From Flavobacteriales bacterium (GTDB lineage: Bacteria; Bacteroidota; Bacteroidia; Flavobacteriales_D; Sanyastnellaceae), in assembly GCA_015663855.1 (NCBI GenBank), contig DQRJ01000006.1, positions 1 through 55,610 on the forward strand: a stretch of 55,610 nucleotides of DNA, given 5' to 3'. This document shows positions 20,050 to 29,212 of this stretch, piece by piece. A program made the position numbers and the translations under genes. The notes under the pieces are model-generated. The model was not told where the DNA came from. It did no database searches and saw only the letters and a list, made by a program, of their open reading frames with translations. Each line of letters opens with the position of its first letter. Within the stretch, counting starts at the first letter, position 1.

Positions 20050-21603
20050 TTACTCCCATTCGATGGTTGCTGGTGGTTTAGAGCTAATATCGTACACAAC
20101 TCTATTAACTCCCCTAACTTTATTAATGATATCGTTTGAAACCTTTGCAAGGAAGTCGTACGGCAGATGAGACCAGTCGGCTGTCATCCCATCCGTACTG
20201 GTCACAGCACGAAGCGCTACAGTATTTTCATAGGTACGCTCGTCACCCATCACGCCCACGGATTGGACAGGTAGGAGCATCGCTCCTGCTTGCCAAACGG
20301 AGTCGTATAGGCCGGCCTCGCGAAGTCCGTTAATGAAAATAAAGTCGACTTCTTGAAGGACTCTCACTTTTTCTGGAGTCACATCGCCAAGGATACGTAT
20401 TCCGAGGCCGGGACCGGGGAATGGGTGGCGTGCGAGAATACGTGGCTTAATGTTTAATGCCTTGCCTACCCGACGAACTTCGTCTTTGAAAATCGAGCGC
20501 AAGGGCTCGACAACTTTGAGAGTCATATAATCGGGTAGTCCACCCACGTTGTGGTGACTCTTTATTGTAGCGGAAGGTCCGCCCGTTGCGCTCACCGATT
20601 CTATAACGTCCGGATAAATGGTGCCTTGACCTAGCCACTTCGCTCCCTCTACTGCTTTAGAAGCCTCGTCAAATACCTCAACGAAAACTCTACCTATTGC
20701 TTTACGCTTTAACTCAGGATCACTCAACCCCTTCAAAGCCTCCATAAACTGATCTCCTGCCCTCACCCCTCGAACATTCAACCCCATATGCTCGTAATCA
20801 TCTAAAACCTGATCGAACTCCCCCTTCCTCAATAGACCGTTATCTACGAAAATGCAGTGAAGCTTATCTCCGATAGCACGATGAAGAAGCTCAGCAGCTA
20901 CAGTCGAATCTACACCACCAGAAAGGCCGAGGATGACGTGTTCGTCAGAACCGATTTGGTCTTTAAGTTCAGAAATGGTCGCATCTGCGAAGTTGTCAGG
21001 AGTCCACTCACCTGTACATCCACAAATGTCTATGATGAAATTCTTAATAAGAACAGGCCCCTCTGTGCTATGAAAAACCTCCGGGTGGAACTGAATCCCC
21101 CACACCTTTTCATTAACATCCCTAAACCCAGCAAATTTCACATCGCTGGTGCTACAGAGAGTTTCATACCCATCGCCTAAACCTAATATGGTGTCACCGT
21201 GACTCATCCACACCTGACTTCCAAGAGTCATGCCATTAAGAAGCTCATCCTCGGTATTCACCTCACTAAGATTCGCACGGCCGTATTCTCTTGTATCACT
21301 CGCCTCAACGCTACCGCCATTTTTCAAAGCCAAATATTGCGCTCCATAGCAAACCCCTAAAAGAGGAACTTTTCCGATAATCGCTTCAACATCAGGTTGC
21401 GGAGCGTCGACATCTCTTACACTATATGGGCTACCCGAAAGAATTACACCTTTACATCCTTCGGGAATACCCGTGAATTTATTCCAAGGAATAATCTCAG
21501 AATAGACATTTATCTCCCTTACTCTCCTCGCAATCAATTGAGTATACTGCGAGCCAAAATCTAGTATTAAGATATTTTCAGCACTAGGACGAAGTTCAGA
21601 CAT
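20050..21603 (-). CDS. guaA: GMP synthase (glutamine-hydrolysing)
   Basis: [36 protein letters not shown] (PP-loop) and a C-terminal ...KPPATIEWE. The likely start is MSELRP at 21603. Confidence 0.92.
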   Translation of the reverse strand: MSELRPSAENILILDFGSQYTQLIARRVREINVYSEIIPWNKFTGIPEGCKGVILSGSPYSVRDVDAPQPDVEAIIGKVPLLGVCYGAQYLALKNGGSVEASDTREYGRANLSEVNTEDELLNGMTLGSQVWMSHGDTILGLGDGYETLCSTSDVKFAGFRDVNEKVWGIQFHPEVFHSTEGPVLIKNFIIDICGCTGEWTPDNFADATISELKDQIGSDEHVILGLSGGVDSTVAAELLHRAIGDKLHCIFVDNGLLRKGEFDQVLDDYEHMGLNVRGVRAGDQFMEALKGLSDPELKRKAIGRVFVEVFDEASKAVEGAKWLGQGTIYPDVIESVSATGGPSATIKSHHNVGGLPDYMTLKVVEPLRSIFKDEVRRVGKALNIKPRILARHPFPGPGLGIRILGDVTPEKVRVLQEVDFIFINGLREAGLYDSVWQAGAMLLPVQSVGVMGDERTYENTVALRAVTSTDGMTADWSHLPYDFLAKVSNDIINKVRGVNRVVYDISSKPPATIEWE

Positions 21604-21679
21604 ATCGAAAATTTGAAAGTACAATTAGCCGTCGCGAAGTTAGCTATTCAACTCTTTCTGATTACGACTGAAAAGACGC

Positions 21680-21687
21680 TAATTTTG
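21680..21687 (+). promoter_or_regulatory. Bacteroidota-type -7 box TAatTTTG upstream of maf
   Basis: Matches TAnnTTTG and lies 22 nt upstream of the ATG at 21710. Confidence 0.4.
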
Positions 21688-21709
21688 CATTGTTTTCACA
21701 CATTTACTC

Positions 21710-22303
21710 ATGCTATATCCACATCTGTCTTCAAAGCGCATTATTCTAGCTTCTAAAAGCCCTAGAAGACTAGAACTAGTTAGAGGTTTGGAACTAAATC
21801 CTGTTGTGATGGTGAGAGATGTTGATGAAAGCTATCCTGTTGGAATCACAGGCGAAGAAGTTGCGGAATATGTTACTAAAGCAAAAGCAGAGGGATATAG
21901 CGATTTAATAGGAGAAGACGATATTCTAATCACTGGTGATACCGTAGTTATCTTAGACAATCAAATCCTTGAAAAACCTGCGAACAATGATGAAGCCGTT
22001 TCTATGCTCAAGCGTCTTAGCGGAAGGTCTCACATTGTAGCTTCAGGAATAGCTGTTTCTACATTAGAAAACGGAGAAATAAATACGATTTGCGAAGTAG
22101 ATACATGCGAAGTTCACTTTGAGGAACTTTCTGACAAGATGATCCGCCACTACATAGAAATCTACAAACCATTTGATAAAGCGGGCAGTTACGGCGTGCA
22201 AGACCTCATCGGGTATGTAGGAGTAAAGGAAATCAAGGGGTCGTTTTACACCGTTATGGGGCTCCCTGTTCACATTCTTCACAGAATGCTTGAGTCCTTA
22301 TGA
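21710..22303 (+). CDS. maf: Maf-like nucleoside triphosphate pyrophosphatase
   Basis: ILASKSPRR.EL, GDTVV, KAGSYGVQD and MGLP are typical Maf motifs. Confidence 0.85.
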   Translation: MLYPHLSSKRIILASKSPRRLELVRGLELNPVVMVRDVDESYPVGITGEEVAEYVTKAKAEGYSDLIGEDDILITGDTVVILDNQILEKPANNDEAVSMLKRLSGRSHIVASGIAVSTLENGEINTICEVDTCEVHFEELSDKMIRHYIEIYKPFDKAGSYGVQDLIGYVGVKEIKGSFYTVMGLPVHILHRMLESL

Positions 22304-22338
22304 AATAGAAATAAGTCCTATTATAATTCTTTTATATT

Positions 22339-22956
22339 TTAAAAGAAATTCACTTCACCTGTCTCGACAGAGTACATCCCTCCTACAAAAAGAACTTCTT
22401 TTGACAGTTCCAATTCTTGCAAAATAGGACTCTTTTTTCTGATTAAATTCTTCATTACATCCACATTTGTTTCAGCAACACGGTTGACGAATGACAAGTT
22501 TTTAGAGGTCCTATCACCCTGCTCAACGACTTTATTAATCGATGGTTTTATCTTATCTAATAAGCCCGTCAATTCACCTAAGTTGACATCATCACAGGCT
22601 CCTTTAATAGCTCCACAACTAGTATGTCCCAATACCAAAACCAACTTTGCTCCAGCAACTTTACACGAAAATTCTAAACTGCCTATAACATCTGAATTAA
22701 CAACGTTTCCTGCCACTCTAATACAGAAAACATCCCCTATTCCTTGGTCAAAAATGATTTCTGTTGGCACTCTTGAATCTATGCAACTTAATATAACGGC
22801 ATACGGGAATTGCCCTCTTGCAGTTTCTTCAATTTGTTTTGCAAAATCCCTAGAGACAAAATCTTTTTCAATAAAACGCCTGTTTCCAGATTTGAGTATC
22901 TCTAATACATCCTCTGGAGTTAAATACGACCTAGAATCTTTTGTCTGTGTGATCAT
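22339..22956 (-). CDS. Beta-class carbonic anhydrase
   Basis: Zn-ligand motifs SCIDSRV and GHTSCGA. The 205-aa length fits. Confidence 0.85.
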   Translation of the reverse strand: MITQTKDSRSYLTPEDVLEILKSGNRRFIEKDFVSRDFAKQIEETARGQFPYAVILSCIDSRVPTEIIFDQGIGDVFCIRVAGNVVNSDVIGSLEFSCKVAGAKLVLVLGHTSCGAIKGACDDVNLGELTGLLDKIKPSINKVVEQGDRTSKNLSFVNRVAETNVDVMKNLIRKKSPILQELELSKEVLFVGGMYSVETGEVNFF

Positions 22957-22966
22957 TTCTCATTCT

Positions 22967-24691
22967 TTACATTCTATAAGCCACCTTCGCTATTTTCACT
23001 TTAAGTAACTCTTCTGCGATTTGTAATATCCCATCTTTATCCGATGATAAATTTTGTTTAAGCCAAACTTCACAATCACTAAATGAATCGAAAACATGCA
23101 TTTCTGGTACTAGAATTGGAATTACTCCGATACTAGTCAACATATCATGTGGTTGTATCTGCAAAGCAGCAAATACAACGACAATATTGTCCCGCTGTAA
23201 GTCCAAGATAGCTTCTTCGAGTGCATAAAGTCCCGATTGATCTATATATGGCACTTCATCCATTCTGATTATCAGAACCTGTATATCACTTTTCAATTCT
23301 TGAATGAGCTCTTGAAACCTAAATGTAAATCCAAAGAATAATGGACCGTATAAATGCTTAATAAATATTTTATTTTTATATTTTTTGTATGCCCCCCCCT
23401 CGTCATCCCACGTTTCTTCTCCATCAAAACTGCTCATCGCTTTAAGTGAAGAACCTCTCTCAACTAAATCACTAGATTTTTTCATGAAAAGCACACAAGC
23501 CAAAACCACACCGACACCTACTGCATGTAAAAGGTTGCCAAAAACTGTGATCAGTAATACGATTAATAAAACAGCGGCATCAGCTTTCGGGACTCTTATA
23601 AGATGCCTCAAACCTTTATAATCTATAATCCCTAGCCCCACAGTAATCAAAATTCCCGCTAGCACACTTAATGGGATGAATGCTGCAAACTTACCTAGCC
23701 CAAATAAAATTGCAGCTAGAAGAAGTCCATGTATTACCCCCGACAAACGAGTTGTACCTCCGGCATTTACATTAACAACCGTTCTCATAGTTGCACCTGC
23801 TCCTGGGAGCCCTCCTACTAATGATGCCGCTATATTTCCTATCCCTTGACCTATCAACTCTTTATTACTGTCATGCTTAGTTTTCGTGATGTTATCCGCA
23901 ATAACCGAAGTTAATAGAGAGTCTATAGCGCCTAATGCTGACAACATAACAGCAAACTCAATTATAATCCAATACATTGCTGGATCGACATGGAATATAG
24001 TGCTGAACTTTAACTCCGGTATCCCTATCGGAATCTCTCCAATAGTAGGAACATTTAATCCAAGTACGTAGGAGAGAGTACTTACAACAAGTAAAGCGAC
24101 TAATGCACTAGGGATTGACTTTGTGATTTTAGGGAATAAATAAATTATCGCTATTGTCAAGGCGCCTAACCCTAAAGCATTGAAATTAATTTGTGAGAGT
24201 GGCTCATTAAGGTTTAAAAAGATGTGTACGGTATTATTTGCGGATGGATGACCTAAAAATGGATAGATTTGGAATAGAATAATGATCACACCGATACCAC
24301 TCATGAATCCAGAGAGTACAGGGTATGGAATATACTTTATGTACTTTCCTATCTTTAATAGCCCGTAAAGGATTTGAAAACCACCTGCTAGAATAAATGA
24401 TGCAATTATTATTCCCATCCCCGCTTGTAGACTTCCTGAGACTTCAATAGCTGTGGCAACTACCATTGCAGAGATAACAGTCATAGGCCCAGTAGGCCCA
24501 CTAACTTGTGTTGAAGTACCACCAAACACCGCTGCAAAGATTCCTAATACCATTGCCCCATACAATCCCGCGATAGCTCCCATGCCCGATTGAACTCCGA
24601 AAGCCAAGGCTAAGGGAAGCGCAACAATACCAGCAGTTAACCCGCCGAAAATATCACCTTTCAAATCTTTAAAATCAAAAATTTTATTCAT
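22967..24691 (-). CDS. SulP-family anion transporter with C-terminal STAS domain
   Basis: DIFGGLTAGIVALPLALAFG, about 10-12 TM segments, and a C-terminal STAS-like region (IIRMDEVPYIDQSGLYALEE). Confidence 0.85.
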   Translation of the reverse strand: MNKIFDFKDLKGDIFGGLTAGIVALPLALAFGVQSGMGAIAGLYGAMVLGIFAAVFGGTSTQVSGPTGPMTVISAMVVATAIEVSGSLQAGMGIIIASFILAGGFQILYGLLKIGKYIKYIPYPVLSGFMSGIGVIIILFQIYPFLGHPSANNTVHIFLNLNEPLSQINFNALGLGALTIAIIYLFPKITKSIPSALVALLVVSTLSYVLGLNVPTIGEIPIGIPELKFSTIFHVDPAMYWIIIEFAVMLSALGAIDSLLTSVIADNITKTKHDSNKELIGQGIGNIAASLVGGLPGAGATMRTVVNVNAGGTTRLSGVIHGLLLAAILFGLGKFAAFIPLSVLAGILITVGLGIIDYKGLRHLIRVPKADAAVLLIVLLITVFGNLLHAVGVGVVLACVLFMKKSSDLVERGSSLKAMSSFDGEETWDDEGGAYKKYKNKIFIKHLYGPLFFGFTFRFQELIQELKSDIQVLIIRMDEVPYIDQSGLYALEEAILDLQRDNIVVVFAALQIQPHDMLTSIGVIPILVPEMHVFDSFSDCEVWLKQNLSSDKDGILQIAEELLKVKIAKVAYRM

Positions 24692-24986
24692 GTCCCTTAT
24701 TTCTTAATTGTACCCAAAACCATTCCTATAAAGAAATCCATAATACTACACTCACAACTCGTTGTACTATTCTCTTCTAGACAGCAAACACCTCATCGGC
24801 ATTATCTGCATCTACACCCTTAATAAAATAGTGATTTCTGAATCCTCAAGTCAGACGAATCTGGGCTCTTTATAAATAAGCCCTCATTGACTTTTATCGT
24901 TATTTGACTTGATAACTATTTCAACGCGAAGCGCTAATATAATAGTATTACTATCAATATCTAAATGATTCATATCGGCTTAGGCA

Positions 24987-25607
24987 TTAAACTCGTTTAA
25001 AAACACAGAACACGAAGTTCTGAGTCGAATTAAACGGAGTGATATGCACTGTATCCATTGTCTTGACAAGTTTGAATCCTTTTCTAAATACTTTTTCAAG
25101 AGATTTGGCGGAGTACTGAACAATATCCAAATTGCTGCATCTTTTAGGGCCTGAAAGTGAAAAGGTTGAAATAATTATATAACCACCCATTTTTGTAGAA
25201 TCCATCGCCCACTTTGCATACCTCTCAACATCATCAGGGTTTGTAAGAAAATGGAAAGCCGCTCTATCGTGAATAAGCTCATACTCGTTATATGACTCAT
25301 AATCAAGGATATCAGACACAACCCAAGTAACTCGGCTTGCGAGGCTACCCATTTTTTTCTTTGTCCGGTTGAGAGCACTGCTGCTAATATCAAGAACGGT
25401 TAGGTTTGAAAAGCCTAATCCCGTTAATTCAAAAATCAAATTAGAATTTCCACCTCCAACATCAATTACAGAATCATTTAACCCCAGCCTAAGCTCTTCA
25501 ATCAATTGTAATGACGTTACGGGCGTATCCTGATACCACCCCACTTCGTTATCTCCTTTGGTGTTATATACGTTATCCCAGTGTGTTTTACTTCCGTTAT
25601 CTCCCAT
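24987..25607 (-). CDS. Class I SAM-dependent methyltransferase
   Basis: HWDNVY...W N-terminus and SAM motif I VIDVGGGNS. Substrate unknown. Confidence 0.65.
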   Translation of the reverse strand: MGDNGSKTHWDNVYNTKGDNEVGWYQDTPVTSLQLIEELRLGLNDSVIDVGGGNSNLIFELTGLGFSNLTVLDISSSALNRTKKKMGSLASRVTWVVSDILDYESYNEYELIHDRAAFHFLTNPDDVERYAKWAMDSTKMGGYIIISTFSLSGPKRCSNLDIVQYSAKSLEKVFRKGFKLVKTMDTVHITPFNSTQNFVFCVFKRV

Positions 25608-25657
25608 TAGTGCGGTTATTTATACCAAATCAGGTTTATAAAAATACACCACTAGTA

Positions 25658-26707
25658 TTAAAGTAACTTAATGACATGTGAATTCGGATGTGTTTCCGTT
25701 AGATAGCCGATAACTTCCGCGGAAAGGCCACTAGAAGTAAGGATTGACTTGACTTCATCTACGCTCGAATCGTTAGCTACGGAAACGAGAAGTCCTCCAC
25801 TGGTTTGTGGATCGCAGAGTAGGTCGCGAGTGAAACCCTCAGGAATATCGAGGTACTTTCCGTAGCTCTCGAAATTACGGCGCGCACCTCCGGGAACGCA
25901 ACCCTGAGCGTGGTATGACTCGAGGGCTTTTCGATCTAAAGTAGGGACAGCATCGAAATCGATAACGGCGCCGGTACCTGAACCCTGACAGAGCTCAAGT
26001 AAGTGCCCCATCAACCCAAACCCCGTTACATCAGTCATAGCGTGAACGCCCTTAATCTCGGATAGTCGAGCTCCGACAATATTAAGCCTAGTCATGGATT
26101 CTATTGCTGAAGCGATATGCTCTTTAGAAACGAGCCCTTTCTTCTCTGCCGTTGTTACCATTCCTACACCGAGGGGTTTGGTCAGAAAAAGAACATCGCC
26201 CACATGAGCTGTAGCGTTTTCCTTCAGGTTAGCGAGCGAGACCCTACCAGTTACAGCCAGTCCGAAAATAGGCTCAGGAGAATCAATACTGTGCCCTCCC
26301 GCAAGTGGAATACCCGCCTCAGCACAAACAGTCCTCCCTCCCTCTAGCACGGCCCCAGCAACCTCAGGATCTAACTTATTTATCGGCCACCCAAGGATAG
26401 CAATCGCCATAAGGGGAGTACCTCCCATGGCATATATGTCAGATATAGCATTTGCAGCAGCTATCCTCCCAAAAGTATGAGGATCATCAACAATAGGCAT
26501 AAAAAAGTCCGTCGTACTAACGATACCAGTACCATCACCTAAATCCACTACCGCAGCATCGTCCTTAGTATCGTTCCCCACCACTAAATCCGGATATACC
26601 GTGTCGCGATTCATGCAAGACAACATAGAATTAAGAACACCCGGAGCTATTTTACAACCGCATCCAGCTCCATGAGAGTACTGTGTAAGACGAATTATTT
26701 CAGACAT
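25658..26707 (-). CDS. selD: Selenide, water dikinase (Cys-type)
   Basis: [16 protein letters not shown]-terminus plus AIR-synthase-like domains. The catalytic residue is encoded as Cys, not UGA. Confidence 0.9.
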   Translation of the reverse strand: MSEIIRLTQYSHGAGCGCKIAPGVLNSMLSCMNRDTVYPDLVVGNDTKDDAAVVDLGDGTGIVSTTDFFMPIVDDPHTFGRIAAANAISDIYAMGGTPLMAIAILGWPINKLDPEVAGAVLEGGRTVCAEAGIPLAGGHSIDSPEPIFGLAVTGRVSLANLKENATAHVGDVLFLTKPLGVGMVTTAEKKGLVSKEHIASAIESMTRLNIVGARLSEIKGVHAMTDVTGFGLMGHLLELCQGSGTGAVIDFDAVPTLDRKALESYHAQGCVPGGARRNFESYGKYLDIPEGFTRDLLCDPQTSGGLLVSVANDSSVDEVKSILTSSGLSAEVIGYLTETHPNSHVIKLL

Positions 26708-27801
26708 GGAAAATTAGTTAGAAAATTACTTAAATGCGAAGCACACTCAGTGGGGGTAAGGTTGCGACAATCAACATCCGTTCTAAGGGTTTCGTTACGT
26801 TTTGTCAATCCGTGAGCATAGGTTTTATCGTAGTAGACCAAAGCAATCCGAGCTGCCGTCGCTAAGTCACTATTCTCCAAAGCCTTTTGAGCTTCCTTCA
26901 CATTATCACCACCCAATTTCTGAGCAATATTATTAAAAGCAGTAGCTAATAAATCGATATCGATCTCACCATACATCTGCACCAGATGTTTAACTCGATC
27001 GTCATCAGTTCTTTGCATCTCAAAACATCGAGACGCAATAAGCTGAGTGAAAATAGGTTCAGGCATATCAACCATCCCGATAGTTCGACTCTCGTTCTCA
27101 ATCCAAATGGGTCTAGTTCTAGCTGGGTTTCTTTCGTTCCAAGCATTAAGCTCTCGCAACTTGAAATAAAGGTCATTCGAAAATTGTTGAGTCGATGGTT
27201 GTTGAATTTTCTCTAGATTCCCGAATGCGGACCCGAAATGCTTTGCCATACCCTCCAAATCAATCACAGACTCTCCATCGATTTTCTCCAGTTCAAGTAG
27301 AGTGTCCGTTTTCGACGATCCGGTCAATCCACCCAGAACCGCAAAATCAATTTTCTTATCGAACTGCGATCTCGCATACGATCTAAATCCCTTGTATCCA
27401 TCCTCTAAAACGACAGCAGGAATTCCAGCCGTCCTCAAAAGCCAAGCCACCGATTCCGACCTCATGCCTCCTCTCCAACAATGAATAAGTAATGAATTAC
27501 GCCCTGGCGTACCATCCTCTGAAACTTGAGACTCGAATAATGCTCGGCCATACTTTGCCATCTCAGCCATTTTCGGTCCTATTATTTCTAGGCCGAGATC
27601 CACTGCTTTTTCACGAGACTTTTGCTTATATAACGTACCGATTCTAGCTCTCTCGTCATCCGAAAACAAAGGCCAAGACCGAGCTCCAGTGATATGTCCA
27701 TCTGCAAATTCCCTAGGACTTCTAACGTCCAAAATCACGCCACCTCTATCCGCTTCCAGGAGGAATTCATCGGGAGAGAGTGTACGTGCAGGGATGACCA
27801 T
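26695..27801 (-). CDS. selU: tRNA 2-selenouridine synthase
   Basis: Rhodanese domain with active-site HCWRGGMRS, a P-loop-like GLTGSSKT, and a 13-nt overlap with selD. Confidence 0.85.
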   Translation of the reverse strand: MVIPARTLSPDEFLLEADRGGVILDVRSPREFADGHITGARSWPLFSDDERARIGTLYKQKSREKAVDLGLEIIGPKMAEMAKYGRALFESQVSEDGTPGRNSLLIHCWRGGMRSESVAWLLRTAGIPAVVLEDGYKGFRSYARSQFDKKIDFAVLGGLTGSSKTDTLLELEKIDGESVIDLEGMAKHFGSAFGNLEKIQQPSTQQFSNDLYFKLRELNAWNERNPARTRPIWIENESRTIGMVDMPEPIFTQLIASRCFEMQRTDDDRVKHLVQMYGEIDIDLLATAFNNIAQKLGGDNVKEAQKALENSDLATAARIALVYYDKTYAHGLTKRNETLRTDVDCRNLTPTECASHLSNFLTNFPCLK

Positions 27802-27916
27802 TAAGAAACTGTTTACTTGCTTTTAGGACAGCAAAGTTACGGCATGAAAAACGCGTCACAGTATATGGGACGCGCTTCATGATTAGAAAGACCTGTTCAA
27901 TGTCAATCTTAGGGTT

Positions 27917-28405
27917 TCATTCTTCTTGGTAAACTTTAACAACCACCTCAGGTGGTGAATTTGGTTCTTCGGCAACAGCAACAGTAGTTTCATCAGAAGA
28001 TGCACTTCCGTATGCGTCTGATACTGTTAATTTAAAGGTATATTCTCCTGGGTCAGCAATAAACGTAGCAGTATTGCCGTCTGAACCTTCTTCATATTCA
28101 AGGTAGACATCGCTTCCTGATATTTGGGTCCAAGAGTAAGAAATGGAATCACCCTCCACATCGTATGAATCGCTTCCGTCTAATGACACAAGAATATCTG
28201 TGGTATTAGCATCACGATCGTGGGGAATGGTAAATCTGATTTTTGCAGCTTCTATTTGTTCTGCTTCTTCAACAGCGGCGGCTTCTACAGCGGCGGCTTC
28301 TGAGGCTTCATCGTTTGCGGCGTAAAGCTCAAGTTGCTCCATCTTTAGGTAGCCTAATGCAGCTACACTGGCGACGAGCAACACTATGGTTGCGTAGCGT
28401 TCCAT
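27917..28405 (-). CDS. Membrane-anchored PKD-domain protein
   Basis: N-terminal TM helix and an Ala/Glu-rich linker. This is followed by a PKD-like domain (LDGSDSYDVEGDSISYSWTQ...YTFKLTVSDAYG). Confidence 0.6.
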   Translation of the reverse strand: MERYATIVLLVASVAALGYLKMEQLELYAANDEASEAAAVEAAAVEEAEQIEAAKIRFTIPHDRDANTTDILVSLDGSDSYDVEGDSISYSWTQISGSDVYLEYEEGSDGNTATFIADPGEYTFKLTVSDAYGSASSDETTVAVAEEPNSPPEVVVKVYQEE

Positions 28406-28452
28406 GGGAAAGGGGTTAATTCTTTTTCGAAGACGATATGAGATTATAAAGC

Positions 28453-28475
28453 GCGGTCCGGCAATACCGGACCGC
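28453..28475 (-). terminator. Perfect 9-bp GC-rich hairpin downstream of the small membrane-protein gene
   Basis: GCGGTCCGG-CAATA-CCGGACCGC, with T-rich flanks on both strands. Confidence 0.5.
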
Positions 28476-28500
28476 CTTTATATCATTTTAGGCAGATCTA

Positions 28501-28728
28501 TTACTTGCGATCAAGTATAGACCAAAGTATTAGCAAGGCAACTAAGCCTACGAATCCTCCATTACCGAGTTGAGCGATTAACCCCGTGAGGTTATCAACA
28601 ACTTCCATACCTGGGAACATGGCTGTTCCGAATACTACTTCAGTAACAACTGCAAGAGCAGCGAAACCGATCATCAGTTGGGTAAGACCTTTAAAAAAGC
28701 CGCCCATAAATTTAAACACGTTATCCAT
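28501..28728 (-). CDS. Small two-TM membrane protein (hypothetical)
   Basis: MDNVFKFMGGFFKGLTQLMIGFAALAVV... has two hydrophobic helices. I prefer the ATG at 28728 over the TTG at 28761. Confidence 0.45.
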   Translation of the reverse strand: MDNVFKFMGGFFKGLTQLMIGFAALAVVTEVVFGTAMFPGMEVVDNLTGLIAQLGNGGFVGLVALLILWSILDRK

Positions 28729-29212
28729 TGTATAAGGGTTTTGGTTTACAACTGAGGCCAATATTTGTAATAATAACCAAGCAAGCGGATAGTCCTTATA
28801 CTTTTAAATTCACGATAAATTGTTAAAATCCTCTACGCGCACCTAAAACACTGGTGTTAAGCCGTAAACTAGCACATGTCAAAAAGGCCCTAAAAGAGCC
28901 AAATATTTGATTTTCAGAAGGTTTTCAGGGTAGGCAAAGTAGCTAAATCACGTCGTTTCGAAGCTTTTTCATTAAAAACATCGTAAAAACAGGGGTGATT
29001 TGACAATATAATACGTGTATTAACTGTCGATTTATTATCAATTACGTAAAACCTCCAACTATCTTGTAGGTAACAGCACTAAAACAGCGCGAGCTGTCAA
29101 TTGAATTCCCCAAAAAATTGCCCAGCTTAAAGCTGCTAAGAAGTATATTGATATAAAAGTTACGTTGTCCATATCTATGTAACGCATAAAACGACTAAAT
29201 AGTTTCAGTAGA

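Noticed and set aside
22484-23008. 174-aa plus-strand ORF
   Set aside because: It is antisense to the carbonic anhydrase gene and the SulP 3' end, both of which have strong motif support. The product has no recognisable features.
25658-26707. Possible selenocysteine (UGA) recoding in selD or its neighbours
   Set aside because: The SelD active-site residue is a normal Cys codon in an uninterrupted ORF. No in-frame TGA followed by a hairpin was seen in neighbouring genes.
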